A DNA stretch of 55,573 nucleotides, the filler included, from a bacterium (GTDB taxonomy: Bacteria; JAMOTN01): the NCBI GenBank assembly GCA_027062325.1. It is 3 parts of 3 records of this genome, joined end to end, with 100 filler letters (N's around TTAATTAATTAA, not from the genome) between each part and the next. Parts side by side here need not be neighbours in the genome. Positions count along the whole stretch, not along the records: positions 1 to 20,465 come from JAMOTN010000069.1; positions 20,566 to 38,793 come from JAMOTN010000074.1; 1 more part is not named here. The stretch is one strand, 5' to 3'. Numbering within the stretch: position 1 is the first letter of the stretch; every line of letters begins with the position of its first letter. Positions 18,806 through 28,725 of the stretch are shown piece by piece. Both the position numbers and the translations under genes were made by a program. The notes under the pieces are model-generated. The model saw only the letters and a program-made list of their open reading frames with translations. It ran no database searches and was not told the origin of the DNA.

Positions 18806-19161
18806 CAGGATCCCTCCGTTTCCCAAACTTTTACAAAGCTAAGTTTAACTCGATGGGTGAGATTTGACTCTTTTAATTTGATTTCAAGCTGTTGAGATAT
18901 AAAGTCAGCTATATTCTCGGCAGTTGGGTTTTCTATCAAATCATTTATTAAAGTGTGGTCTAAGGAGTTCAAAATTTCTTTAAGCCATTTTTTTAGAAGT
19001 TTAAAATCAACCACCATTCCATTTTCGAGTTTCGAAGAAGAAAGAGCGACTTCCACTTTCCAGTTATGACCGTGTAAATTTTCACATTTACCGTGATAAT
19101 TTGGCAAAAAATGTGCTGCTGAAAAACTAGCGGTAACGCTTACTGTCCACAGCTTTTGCAT
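18781..19161 (-). CDS. queD: 6-carboxy-5,6,7,8-tetrahydropterin synthase
   Basis: Motifs FSAAH.L..Y.GKCENLHGHNW, G.VVDF, LDH, PTAENIA and WET. Confidence 0.93.
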   Translation of the reverse strand: MQKLWTVSVTASFSAAHFLPNYHGKCENLHGHNWKVEVALSSSKLENGMVVDFKLLKKWLKEILNSLDHTLINDLIENPTAENIADFISQQLEIKLKESNLTHRVKLSFVKVWETEGSCCSLTFKA

Positions 19162-19189
19162 ATTACTTTTAATCCTCCTTTGGTTTAGT

Positions 19190-20272
19190 TTATGAATAAA
19201 GTTTTCTTATGGCTTTCTTTATCTTCTCTTCAGCTTCTTGAAGAGTGCTGTTTTTGATTGTGGTTCCGGATGCTCTAAGATGACCGCCACCCCCGAGTTC
19301 AACTGCTAACTTTTGAACGTCTGTTTCTTTACTTCTAAAGCTTACAATAATATCTTGTTCTTCCGCACTCATAACTACTGCAATATCGGCTTCTTGTATG
19401 AGATTTATGTGAGAAGGCAAGGCGGCAACTGCTTCGTTTTTCAAATTATAGCGTTCTAGCATTTCAGGTGGAACAGAGCATATTGCTGTTCTTATAGGAA
19501 GTTCAGGTGGAGTTATCAACTTTGTTGAAATGGTTGCTTCTGATACGAATTTCATAACCGTATAAGGTTTTTCCCGCACAGCTTTCCTATATATAAACCA
19601 TGGATCGAGGTCATAATGGTTGGCGAGTTTTAGCATCAAAAATATCGACTCTGGATTGTCAAGAGAGAAGGCAAAACCTCCTGTATCTGTTACAAAGCCG
19701 AAGAATAGGAATTTAAATGCTTCTTTGGTTAAAGGAAGGTGTGAATTCATTAACATAAGTGTAATAAGATACGTGGTTGATGGAGCGTGTGATACTAGAT
19801 TTATAGATCCAAATTTACTATTTGTACCATGGTGATCTATTACCAATACAGGCTTTGAATTGGATTTAAATTTTTCTAGTAATTTGTGCTTTTCATTCAA
19901 AAATCTATCAGGACTACTTGTATCCACAACTATGAGTAAGTCGTATTTTTCAGGGACTATCTCTTGCCATTCGATTCCAGCTTCAGGATTTAGAAACTCT
20001 GCTTGAGATGGAAGATCCCAAATTTTAACAATGTCGGCTATTTTTCCTGCTGCTCTCAAGGTGTTGAGAAGTCCATTAGTGGATCCGACACTATCACCAT
20101 CAGGGCGAATGTGACCGCTTATGAGAATAGAAGAGGCGTTATCGATTGCAGCTAGTGCTTTTTCAATATCTTGTACAATTGGAGTGGTTTGTTCCTTTAT
20201 CATGGATACTAAAAATTGGTCAGTTAGCATATCCATATTAAGTTTGCTTTTAAAAGAGTTTGTTTCCTTCAC
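19190..20272 (-). CDS. nrnA: DHH/DHHA1 phosphoesterase (NrnA-like)
   Basis: Motifs H..PDGD..GS, VVDTS, IDHH, TDTG.F, SFRS and GGGH..ASG. Confidence 0.85.
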   Translation of the reverse strand: MKETNSFKSKLNMDMLTDQFLVSMIKEQTTPIVQDIEKALAAIDNASSILISGHIRPDGDSVGSTNGLLNTLRAAGKIADIVKIWDLPSQAEFLNPEAGIEWQEIVPEKYDLLIVVDTSSPDRFLNEKHKLLEKFKSNSKPVLVIDHHGTNSKFGSINLVSHAPSTTYLITLMLMNSHLPLTKEAFKFLFFGFVTDTGGFAFSLDNPESIFLMLKLANHYDLDPWFIYRKAVREKPYTVMKFVSEATISTKLITPPELPIRTAICSVPPEMLERYNLKNEAVAALPSHINLIQEADIAVVMSAEEQDIIVSFRSKETDVQKLAVELGGGGHLRASGTTIKNSTLQEAEEKIKKAIRKLYS

Positions 20273-20293
20273 AGTATTTACCTCCTTTAAGCA

Positions 20294-20464
20294 CTAATGT
20301 TGTGTTTTGGAAAGACGTTCTGCCTCTTTTGCTACTTTCTTAGCAGCTTCCTCTAGCCATTTTCTGACGTCTTTTCCTGTATTGAGAGCATTTGCAAGGG
20401 CTTCACCTAAGAAAATTCTTCCTGTCATCCATACAGGATCGAAAGGTTCGTATTTAGCGTACTC
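20294..20464 (-). CDS. C-terminal fragment of a probable ABC extracellular solute-binding protein (truncated by gap)
   Basis: Manual translation EYAKYEPFDPVWMTGRIFLGEALANALNTGKDVRKWLEEAAKKVAKEAERLSKTQH* resembles the C-terminus of sugar-binding SBPs. Not in the ORF track. Confidence 0.5.
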   Translation of the reverse strand, partial: EYAKYEPFDPVWMTGRIFLGEALANALNTGKDVRKWLEEAAKKVAKEAERLSKTQH

Positions 20465-20465
20465 A

Positions 20466-20565
20466 NNNNNNNNNNNNNNNNNNNNNNNNNNNNNNNNNNN
20501 NNNNNNNNNTTAATTAATTAANNNNNNNNNNNNNNNNNNNNNNNNNNNNNNNNNNNNNNNNNNNN
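20466..20565. other. Assembly gap with artificial linker
   Basis: 44 N + TTAATTAATTAA (stops in all six frames) + 44 N. Confidence 0.98.
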
Positions 20566-23500
20566 GATGGAAAGGATACGGTTATTGGGAATGCAGCGGT
20601 TGTTGTTACTAATATAAGCACGAATAAAAGATATACAAAGCTGACTGATAACTCAGGAGTTGCTTTGTTTATTGGTTTAGATATTGGTGTTTATAAGGTG
20701 GAGGTTTCAAAAGAAGGATATCAGAGTTCAGAAACAACTGTTGTTCTTGATACCCCTAAGGAGATAATAGTTTATTTGAAAGTTGAACAGAGTCCCAATA
20801 CTGTTAGTGGAAAAATATACGATGCAGATACTAATGAGCCAATTAGTGGTGCAGCAATTGAAGTAAGGGATGCAGACAATGCAATGACTTTTTACGGTTC
20901 TGCTAGGAGTGATTCTGATGGAGAATATGTGGTTTACCTAAAAAATCTTCCTACTGATAGGGATCAGGTTTATTTGAAGGTTGGAGTTACAGCTACAGGT
21001 TATAAACTAGCTGAGAAGTATCCAATTCTTACAATAGGAGAGTATATTAAAGATTTGGATTTTGCTCTTAAAAAAGCAACTACTGAAGATACAGGAAAAG
21101 CTCAATTAACTGGTATTGTAAAAGATGCTGTTACAAATCAATTATTATCAGGAGTTCAAGTTTATCTGAAAGGAGAAGGTTTTGAAAATACGAAAGTGAC
21201 GGATAGCTTTGGTGTTTTCAGTTTTTCAGATTTAACTTCTGGAAAATATTTACTGGTAGTGAAAGATTCTAATAATAAGTACCAACCTTATATGACAGAG
21301 TTGGATTTAAGTAGTGGCTTAAATACTATTACAATAGAGCTTCATTTGGTTGGAGAAGGGGCTACGTGTGAGTTAAGAGGGTTGGTTATTGACAAAGATA
21401 CAGGGGCTACTGTAGAAGGTGCAGTTGTTGGCGTACTGTTTGAAGGAGGTAGTAAAGAGGTAACTACTGATTCAGCTGGGAAATTCGAGTTTAAAAAACT
21501 GGAGACTGGTCAAGTTACAATGTATGTTCTAAAAGATGGATATAAACCTTATAATGAGACGTTTACTCTTAATGCTGGTTTAAATCTTAAAACAATTAAA
21601 CTTGAGAAGTCTTTTAAAGATAGTGCTTATCTTGGAGTTACAGTTTATGATGAGAGTGGCAAAATATTAAGTTTTCCAAGTGATGAGGCGACAATCTACG
21701 TACAAATTTTTGGAAATGGTAGCACTATTGAGATGGAGGCTACGTATGGACTTGCTTTCCCTTATGTAGAAGTGAGTAGTGAAATTGATTATGTTATGAA
21801 GGTATGGGCGGATTACTATTATCCTACAGTTGAGACTGTAAATTTGAGGCCCTCAGAAGTTAAGCAAATGCCGGTTGTTCTTTTCCATTATAAAGGGAGT
21901 ATAGGAGGACGTATTATAGATAAGGATAGTGAAATGCCGGTTGCATCTGCTACTATTGTCTTAACTTCAGATATAAAAACTTATACTGGTCAGACAGATG
22001 ATAATGGTTATTTTTCTTTTGATACTTTGCCTTATGGGACGTATGATATATATATTACAGCTGATTATTATCAATCTACTTCTGAGGAAATTGTGTTAGA
22101 TGCTACTAATCCGACCTACTTTAAAGTTTACAAGCTTGAAAATAGTCAAACAGCTAATATTGTTGTTCTCTTAAAGGATTACAGTACAGGACAGCCTATA
22201 AAAAAAGCCAGTGTTGAATTGGTTTATAATGGTTCGATGTATGATTTTACTTCTCAGGGAAGTGGAGTGTACGTTTATCAAGGTGCTACTGCGAATGTTC
22301 TATTGGTATTACTTGTCACAGCAGAAAATTTTGTAACTACGACGGAGAGTTTTACTTTGAAACTTGGAGAAACTAAAGTAATGAATGTTAATCTACGCCC
22401 AATGTCGTTTACAATTGGTGGAGTTGTTGTGGATAAGACTGATCATAGTAAGATACAAGATGCGTTTGTAGTGGTATATGGAGAAGGAACATACGCAGTT
22501 ACTACAAGTGCTGCTGATGGTAGCTTTAATGTTACAGGACTTAGAGCTGGAACCTACTCTGTAAGAGTTAGTGCAGATGGTTACAATACTTATAGTACGG
22601 AGGAAATCCTATTAGGTAAAGCAACTCCATCTGTATTTTTAGAGGTTGAGTTGTCTAAGTTTAAAGGAACTTTAATAGGATGGGTATTGGATGCTTCAAG
22701 TTCTGCTCCAATAAGTGGAGCACAGGTGAACTGTGTCTATGGTAATGAAACTACGGATACTTCTGGTTTCTTCAAGTTCGAAGATTTGCCTTCAGGTGAG
22801 ATACTTTTAAACTTCTATGCTGCAGGTTATGAGTTTGTAACTAAATCTGTAACGGTTAACGGTGGAGATGTTGCTAGTATTACTGTTAAGTTGCCGCCTG
22901 CAGCGGGGGGAATAGAAGGACGTTTGAGAACTCCGGACTTTGAGCCTCTTGAAAAGGTGAGCGTTGAGATAATACAGCTTGGATTAGTGGCAACTACAGA
23001 AAGTGATGGTAGTTTTAGATTTACAGGGGTTCCTGCTGGAGATTACCTTATATATGCGTTTTCTCCTACAATAGAGGCTACTTATGATAACATCACAGTT
23101 AATTATTATGCTACTGCTTATGTTGAATTGATTACTGAAAGAAAAACAACTCCGGAATTAATGTTTTATGTATATGACGCTTCGACTTCTTTAGGAATTG
23201 AAGGGGCAACGGTTAGGGTTTTGTGGGTAGATGAAAAAACTAGTGAAGAAGTTAAGACTGCAACTTATGGTTTTACCACTCTAGGTGTAAAGGTTATAGG
23301 GAAAAAGTATATTTATCTTGTTTATAAGGAGGAGTATGCCACTTATTCTTCAGATGTAATAGAAGCCCCTACTAGTAATGTACTTATAAAAGTACCGCTT
23401 GCTCCAATTACTCGAGTTGTTACAGTTACAGTTGAGAATACAATTGATAATTCTCCAATTGCTGGAGCAAGAGTTGAAATAACAGAAGGAGATAATGTTG

Positions 23501-26500
23501 GCTATGTGGGCTATACGAATAGTAAGGGAGTCCTGGTGTTACCGCCTGTTTCGAAATATTCCACAGTATCTGTGCATGTTACAAAGGGAGATAATTTTGA
23601 GGACGGTTACGGAAGCGCAGGTGCAAATGAAAAACAAATTTTAGTTAAACTTATTCCAAAATATGCATTGGTGTATGGTACTGTAGAAGATTCGGAAGGT
23701 TATGGAATGAAGAACGTGCATGTTTATGAGGAAAGTGAATTACTTGCTACAACAAATTCAACTGGAGAATTTTCTCTTACAGTGCTTTTGACAGATGTTG
23801 TGGGGAAAGTTGTTAACTTAAGGTTTGAAAGGGATGGTTATGAAGTTTTATATAAAACCTTCTATGTCTCAAGGGGAGCAAGCTATGAATTAGTTGCTAC
23901 AATGGAAAGCTTACCTTCTGGCTCGGTTACATTCAAGTTAATGGATAAGGATGGAGGTTTAATTTCTTCTGATAAAAACGCGACTATTGAGATTGTTGGA
24001 GCACTATACTCTACTACTGCAGTTTTCAAAGGACCAATTCAGACTATAGAGTTACCTTCGGGAGAGTATACAGCTATTGCAACAGCAGATTGGTACTGCT
24101 CTAGTGTGGATAGTTTTATTGTTGGAGCTGGAGAAAGTTTAATTAGAGAAATACAACTTTCTCCTAAAAAAGGAAAGGTTTGGGGTTATGTTTATATTCG
24201 CCGCATAATAAATGGTGCTACGTTTGAAGAGCCTCTTGAAAATGTTAGTGTTGTTGTTAAGGATTCGGCTGGGAATGTAGAAGAAGTAATCACTAATAGT
24301 AGTGGGTTGTGGTTTGCAACTGTAGAATACGGTACGTGTTCAATAGTAAGAGCTTATCATCCGACGTATGGAATTTATGATACTTATGAAGTGGTAAATA
24401 AAACTGGAAGTATTAGCGTTTTTCTAGATGAGCCTGCTACTCAGATGGCAACGCTTATATTCTATGATAAATACTGGTATATAACTGGTGAGATTTATAT
24501 GAAGTATCATAAGGATTTAAATGATATTGATGTTTCACAGGAAATCCCTCCGTTTGCTTCGGTAACAGTTAAGTTATTAGGTTATGATGAAGCTACTTGG
24601 TCTACTGCAGTTGTGAATAACGGTCAGTATATTTTTAGAGGCGTCCCGGAGAGAAAAAGTGGTTATAAAATATATGTTATTTCAAACGAGTTTTATCCAT
24701 TGTTTGCTGATGTAGGTTACACTGTGGAGAGTAGATTTACGGGTCCAACTTTGGAGCTTTCTCCTAAATTTTACAAAGTTTCGGGACGGGCCTTGGATTT
24801 ATTCTATTATAATTTAACAGGGAACGATAAAGAGATTCCGGGGGTTACAATTGAAGTTTATGACTTATTGGAAAATTCTGTGGAAACACGTGTGAATGCT
24901 GATTTTGCAGGTAGCTTTGAGTTTAGTGTGCCAATTGGTGTTTACAGAATTGTTGCAGCTTCACCTGAAAGATGTTGGTTGGAAAAGATAGTTTCTTCTT
25001 CTCTTGTGGCTACAGCTGATGTGAATTTAGGGAATGTATATTTATTTCCCAGTACTGAAACTGTGACGGGAAGTGTGTACTTGGATGAAGATAAAGATGG
25101 AGTTAAGGATGCTGATGAAGATTGGATAAGAGTTGCTAAAAATTATCTTTATAAAGATACCAGTTTGAAGATTTTATATACATACAGAGGGTTATGGGTT
25201 TCTACAGAAAATTATGTTGATTCAAATTCAAGTTTTGAGCTAGTTGTCCCGGTAGCAACCTCGAGTTGCTCGTATTTGGGGGTTGATGCTTATAGAACTA
25301 TAAGAGTTAGTGCGGAGAATAAACTGGCGAATGCTGATGTGAATGTGTGGTTGTATAAAAAGAGCAAAAGTTTGAAAATAGGTATGACTGAATATTCCAG
25401 TATTGGGGCTTGGATATGTGGTAGGTTAATAGATGCTTATCTCTACAATTTAAGCGGAGCAGTGTTAACTGTAAATCAAGCTACAGTAGGGGTCTATTCT
25501 CAAGATGGAACTGTTAAGTACGCCTCGGCAAATGTGGATGCAGCAGGTGTATTCCGCGTTTATATTCCAAGATGGCCTGAAGAAAAGGTTTTACTGAGGA
25601 TAGTGCCAACGGAGGAACTTAGCTTAAAGTGTAATAATCAACTTGTTACAGAGAGAAGATACGCCACATTAGAGCTTTATCAAAAAACTTCTGCGGAATG
25701 TAATGTGAATACCACATATGAGATAAACCCAGTTTTTGGTGTTGTTAAATTGGTAATTAAATATGATGCGCGTTTTTGGGAGTGGGAGTTTAAAAAGAAA
25801 AATGAGTGGGCTGTTGCTTATGGTGTTAAGAGTAATACTCTTCATGCTGGGGATTGGAATATGAAGCCTGATCCTACGGAGGAGCTTATAACGAATATTA
25901 CTCCAAATTATTACAACGAAAAACAGAGTGATTCTAGCAAAAAAATTGCAGTTCAATATCCGGGTATAGATTTATCAAACTTTACCTCTGATATACGTTA
26001 CAGTTATTGGGTTAATGGATATTCCATGTGGGTAGAGTTGCAAAATATGCCGGGAGCTGTAATAACCCTTACTCATGTTCCGGTAGGAAGTCATGAATTT
26101 TATGTATCAGCGGAAGGGTTCTGGACTTCTCGTGTTTACAGGTTGATTGAGTATAATGTTGGCGATGGGACTGGAACTTGGGAGGGAATAATAGGAGTTT
26201 GTAAAGACGTGTTGGTTACGGCTGAAGCTGCGATGATGCCGATGGGAGTTAATGCCATAGTAGGTTATTATGGATCATTTAAAGTTACAGATGAGAGTAG
26301 TGATAAATGGTTGGCTTGGAAGTGGTGGTTGGCGTCTGATGAGACAAATTATGCTACTGGGTATGTTGAATTTCTACCAATGGGATGGCGTTATCCATTG
26401 AATTCTTCTAGTGATCCTTATTTGTTTACTGTGTATTCATTCCCTGCATCGGGTAATCCAGCTTGGATTTTGCCGCATCCAGCTTTGTTGCCAAGTTATG

Positions 26501-26724
26501 GAACGGGGACAGGAGAATACGGGGCATATTACTACGGTACTGTATTTTTCTCAACGTATGGTGCGGGTATAGATCAACCGAAACCACCTGATCCGACGGT
26601 GAGTGTAAAATTGTATGCTCCGATACCTTCTTCTAACTTTTATGTAGGACCTGGTGGATATTACGGAGATTTTTCAGTTACAGCCGAACAGTGGTTTGAG
26701 CCTCAAATTCAATTAGGTGAGTAG
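20566..26724 (+). CDS. Giant surface protein with tandem carboxypeptidase-regulatory/Cna-B-like domains (5' truncated by gap)
   Basis: Frame is open from the gap edge. Repeated ~85-90-aa modules of the form G.V.D..T..PI.GA.V......T...G.F.F..L..G.Y......GY, plus an SdrD-B-like loop YLDEDKDGVKDADE. Confidence 0.8.
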   Translation, partial: DGKDTVIGNAAVVVTNISTNKRYTKLTDNSGVALFIGLDIGVYKVEVSKEGYQSSETTVVLDTPKEIIVYLKVEQSPNTVSGKIYDADTNEPISGAAIEVRDADNAMTFYGSARSDSDGEYVVYLKNLPTDRDQVYLKVGVTATGYKLAEKYPILTIGEYIKDLDFALKKATTEDTGKAQLTGIVKDAVTNQLLSGVQVYLKGEGFENTKVTDSFGVFSFSDLTSGKYLLVVKDSNNKYQPYMTELDLSSGLNTITIELHLVGEGATCELRGLVIDKDTGATVEGAVVGVLFEGGSKEVTTDSAGKFEFKKLETGQVTMYVLKDGYKPYNETFTLNAGLNLKTIKLEKSFKDSAYLGVTVYDESGKILSFPSDEATIYVQIFGNGSTIEMEATYGLAFPYVEVSSEIDYVMKVWADYYYPTVETVNLRPSEVKQMPVVLFHYKGSIGGRIIDKDSEMPVASATIVLTSDIKTYTGQTDDNGYFSFDTLPYGTYDIYITADYYQSTSEEIVLDATNPTYFKVYKLENSQTANIVVLLKDYSTGQPIKKASVELVYNGSMYDFTSQGSGVYVYQGATANVLLVLLVTAENFVTTTESFTLKLGETKVMNVNLRPMSFTIGGVVVDKTDHSKIQDAFVVVYGEGTYAVTTSAADGSFNVTGLRAGTYSVRVSADGYNTYSTEEILLGKATPSVFLEVELSKFKGTLIGWVLDASSSAPISGAQVNCVYGNETTDTSGFFKFEDLPSGEILLNFYAAGYEFVTKSVTVNGGDVASITVKLPPAAGGIEGRLRTPDFEPLEKVSVEIIQLGLVATTESDGSFRFTGVPAGDYLIYAFSPTIEATYDNITVNYYATAYVELITERKTTPELMFYVYDASTSLGIEGATVRVLWVDEKTSEEVKTATYGFTTLGVKVIGKKYIYLVYKEEYATYSSDVIEAPTSNVLIKVPLAPITRVVTVTVENTIDNSPIAGARVEITEGDNVGYVGYTNSKGVLVLPPVSKYSTVSVHVTKGDNFEDGYGSAGANEKQILVKLIPKYALVYGTVEDSEGYGMKNVHVYEESELLATTNSTGEFSLTVLLTDVVGKVVNLRFERDGYEVLYKTFYVSRGASYELVATMESLPSGSVTFKLMDKDGGLISSDKNATIEIVGALYSTTAVFKGPIQTIELPSGEYTAIATADWYCSSVDSFIVGAGESLIREIQLSPKKGKVWGYVYIRRIINGATFEEPLENVSVVVKDSAGNVEEVITNSSGLWFATVEYGTCSIVRAYHPTYGIYDTYEVVNKTGSISVFLDEPATQMATLIFYDKYWYITGEIYMKYHKDLNDIDVSQEIPPFASVTVKLLGYDEATWSTAVVNNGQYIFRGVPERKSGYKIYVISNEFYPLFADVGYTVESRFTGPTLELSPKFYKVSGRALDLFYYNLTGNDKEIPGVTIEVYDLLENSVETRVNADFAGSFEFSVPIGVYRIVAASPERCWLEKIVSSSLVATADVNLGNVYLFPSTETVTGSVYLDEDKDGVKDADEDWIRVAKNYLYKDTSLKILYTYRGLWVSTENYVDSNSSFELVVPVATSSCSYLGVDAYRTIRVSAENKLANADVNVWLYKKSKSLKIGMTEYSSIGAWICGRLIDAYLYNLSGAVLTVNQATVGVYSQDGTVKYASANVDAAGVFRVYIPRWPEEKVLLRIVPTEELSLKCNNQLVTERRYATLELYQKTSAECNVNTTYEINPVFGVVKLVIKYDARFWEWEFKKKNEWAVAYGVKSNTLHAGDWNMKPDPTEELITNITPNYYNEKQSDSSKKIAVQYPGIDLSNFTSDIRYSYWVNGYSMWVELQNMPGAVITLTHVPVGSHEFYVSAEGFWTSRVYRLIEYNVGDGTGTWEGIIGVCKDVLVTAEAAMMPMGVNAIVGYYGSFKVTDESSDKWLAWKWWLASDETNYATGYVEFLPMGWRYPLNSSSDPYLFTVYSFPASGNPAWILPHPALLPSYGTGTGEYGAYYYGTVFFSTYGAGIDQPKPPDPTVSVKLYAPIPSSNFYVGPGGYYGDFSVTAEQWFEPQIQLGE

Positions 26725-26800
26725 TCCTGTTATTTTGAGTTGTGTAAAGTTTGTTTTAAAGGGGCTTTAATGATTTAGCATTTTTCAATAAGATGGGAGG

Positions 26801-27994
26801 TTGAAAATGATGTTGGATCTTGCCCTTGTAAAAAGGGGAGTAGTGGATTTTATAAGCGAAGATGAGCTTTTGAGTAAGGTAAAGGAAAAGGGTGTGGAGA
26901 ATATTGTTGTAAAGTATGGAGCAGATCCCACTTCCAAAGATTTACATCTGGGACATACTGTACCTTTGAGAAAATTACGTCAACTTCAGGAAATGGGGAT
27001 GCAGATAGTGTTTTTAATTGGAGATTTTACTGCTATGGTGGGAGATCCTACTGGGAGGAATAAAACTCGCCCGCCGCTTTCTGAAGGTGAGATAAGGGAG
27101 AATGCGAGAACATACCTTGAACAGGTTGGTAAGATTTTGGATGTTGATAAGATAAAGGTAGTTAGAAATTCAGAGTGGTTTGCTGATATGAAATTGCCGG
27201 AGTTTATTAAAATAGCTGCAAACTACACTGTAGCTCGCATGATAGAGAGAGATGATTTTGCGAAACGTCTGAAGGAAGGTATACCAATTTTCATGCATGA
27301 GATAATGTATCCACTTTTGCAAGGATATGATTCTGTTGTTTTGAAGGCAGATGTAGAGGTGGGGGGAAGTGATCAGCTCTTCAACTTTATAGTGGCAAGA
27401 GAACTTCAAAAGGCTTACTCTGAGGAACCAGAAGTGGTTATAACTATGCCGCTTTTAGTAGGATTGGATGGAAAGGCTAAAATGAGTAAATCTTACGGCA
27501 ATTATGTTGCAATTAACGATGATCCTGATACCATGTTTGGAAAAATTATGTCAATACCAGATGATTTGATGTGGGATTGGTGGTTGCTTTTGACTGATGA
27601 GAGTGAGGATAAGATAGAAAAGATGAAGCGAGAGGTAGAAGCTGGGAAAAATCCAAGGGATATTAAGTTGGATCTTGCTCGTACAATAACTAGTCAGTTT
27701 TGGGGTGAAGTTAAGGCAAAAGAAGCTCAAGAGAAGTTTATAAAGGTGTTCAGCAGGAGAAACTTTGAAGATATGGCTATTGAAGTTAAGGTAAAGCCTG
27801 GAGAAAAACTCATAGATTTACTAGTAAGGATAGGGTTTGCATCTTCTAGAAGTGAAGCTCGCCGACTCGTAAAACAAGGAGGGGTTAGTATTGGAGGAGT
27901 AAAGCAGACAGATCCTTTTGTCGAATTAAAGTTTGAAGATGGTGTAATTTTGAAAGTTGGAAAGAGAAGATTTGCAAAACTTTTTAAAGAGTGA
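26801..27994 (+). CDS. tyrS: Tyrosine--tRNA ligase
   Basis: Motifs G.DPT..DLHLGH, YPLLQGYD, GGSDQ, KMSKS and a C-terminal S4 domain. Confidence 0.98.
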   Translation: MKMMLDLALVKRGVVDFISEDELLSKVKEKGVENIVVKYGADPTSKDLHLGHTVPLRKLRQLQEMGMQIVFLIGDFTAMVGDPTGRNKTRPPLSEGEIRENARTYLEQVGKILDVDKIKVVRNSEWFADMKLPEFIKIAANYTVARMIERDDFAKRLKEGIPIFMHEIMYPLLQGYDSVVLKADVEVGGSDQLFNFIVARELQKAYSEEPEVVITMPLLVGLDGKAKMSKSYGNYVAINDDPDTMFGKIMSIPDDLMWDWWLLLTDESEDKIEKMKREVEAGKNPRDIKLDLARTITSQFWGEVKAKEAQEKFIKVFSRRNFEDMAIEVKVKPGEKLIDLLVRIGFASSRSEARRLVKQGGVSIGGVKQTDPFVELKFEDGVILKVGKRRFAKLFKE

Positions 27995-28092
27995 GAAAAA
28001 AGAGTGTAGTTATCGGTAGAATTTAAGTTAGCTTTTGTCTACCTTTATGATTAATGTTATTTAACAATTTAAGAGTTGGCGAGGTGTCAGAG

Positions 28093-28725
28093 ATGCAGCT
28101 TACCCGTTTCTTAGTTGGATTAGTGGGGCTATTGTTTGGAGTGTTTGCAGTTACAGGTTGTGATGATGATGGAACTTCGAGTCTTGGAGATGTTTTGGGA
28201 AGCGTGAATTCTAAGTATGGAACATTAGTTTTGGAGATTATCAACCGTGCTGTGTTTGAGAATGGCTTGTCTTTTTCACGTGTGGAGACGAAAACAGATT
28301 ACCTTGAAAAAGTTTATTTTCACACTTTTCAGGTGGTTTTGAGTAATTTTAAAATTTACGATAAGAATGGTCGTGCTTATGAGTTAAGGCAAGAGCCTGT
28401 AAGTATTGATTTGGAGAATGCAAAAATTGAACCTCTACCTCTTCTTACCAAGAGTGATCTGCCGATTGGGGAGTATGTGGCTTTGAAGTTTTATTTGCAA
28501 AGTGTAAGAATTGTTGGAGAAAACTTTGATACTACTTTGTCCCTAAATAAGGAAATATTTTTAAGTGTTGATAACTTTACAATGAGTCGTCTGGAGATAA
28601 AAGGGGGAGAGGAGTTGACAGCCAATCTCATTTTTGATATTGAGGATAAGGTTTTTAAAGACGTCAGTAATAGGTGGAGGATATATCCAGCAGTGATATT
28701 GACCGAAGGGGGAATGGATCTGTGA
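28093..28725 (+). CDS. Lipoprotein, DUF4382-like
   Basis: Lipobox VTGC after ATG28093; beta-rich body with IDL, LP.GEY, L.FD and .YP elements. Confidence 0.55.
   Translation: MQLTRFLVGLVGLLFGVFAVTGCDDDGTSSLGDVLGSVNSKYGTLVLEIINRAVFENGLSFSRVETKTDYLEKVYFHTFQVVLSNFKIYDKNGRAYELRQEPVSIDLENAKIEPLPLLTKSDLPIGEYVALKFYLQSVRIVGENFDTTLSLNKEIFLSVDNFTMSRLEIKGGEELTANLIFDIEDKVFKDVSNRWRIYPAVILTEGGMDL

Noticed and set aside
20510-20521. TTAATTAATTAA palindrome, repeated at 38838-38849
   Set aside because: It is centred in 100-bp N runs and stops all six frames, so it is an artificial scaffold linker.
26725-26800. T-box leader upstream of tyrS (and pheT)
   Set aside because: The intergenic regions are too short and have no T-box motif.
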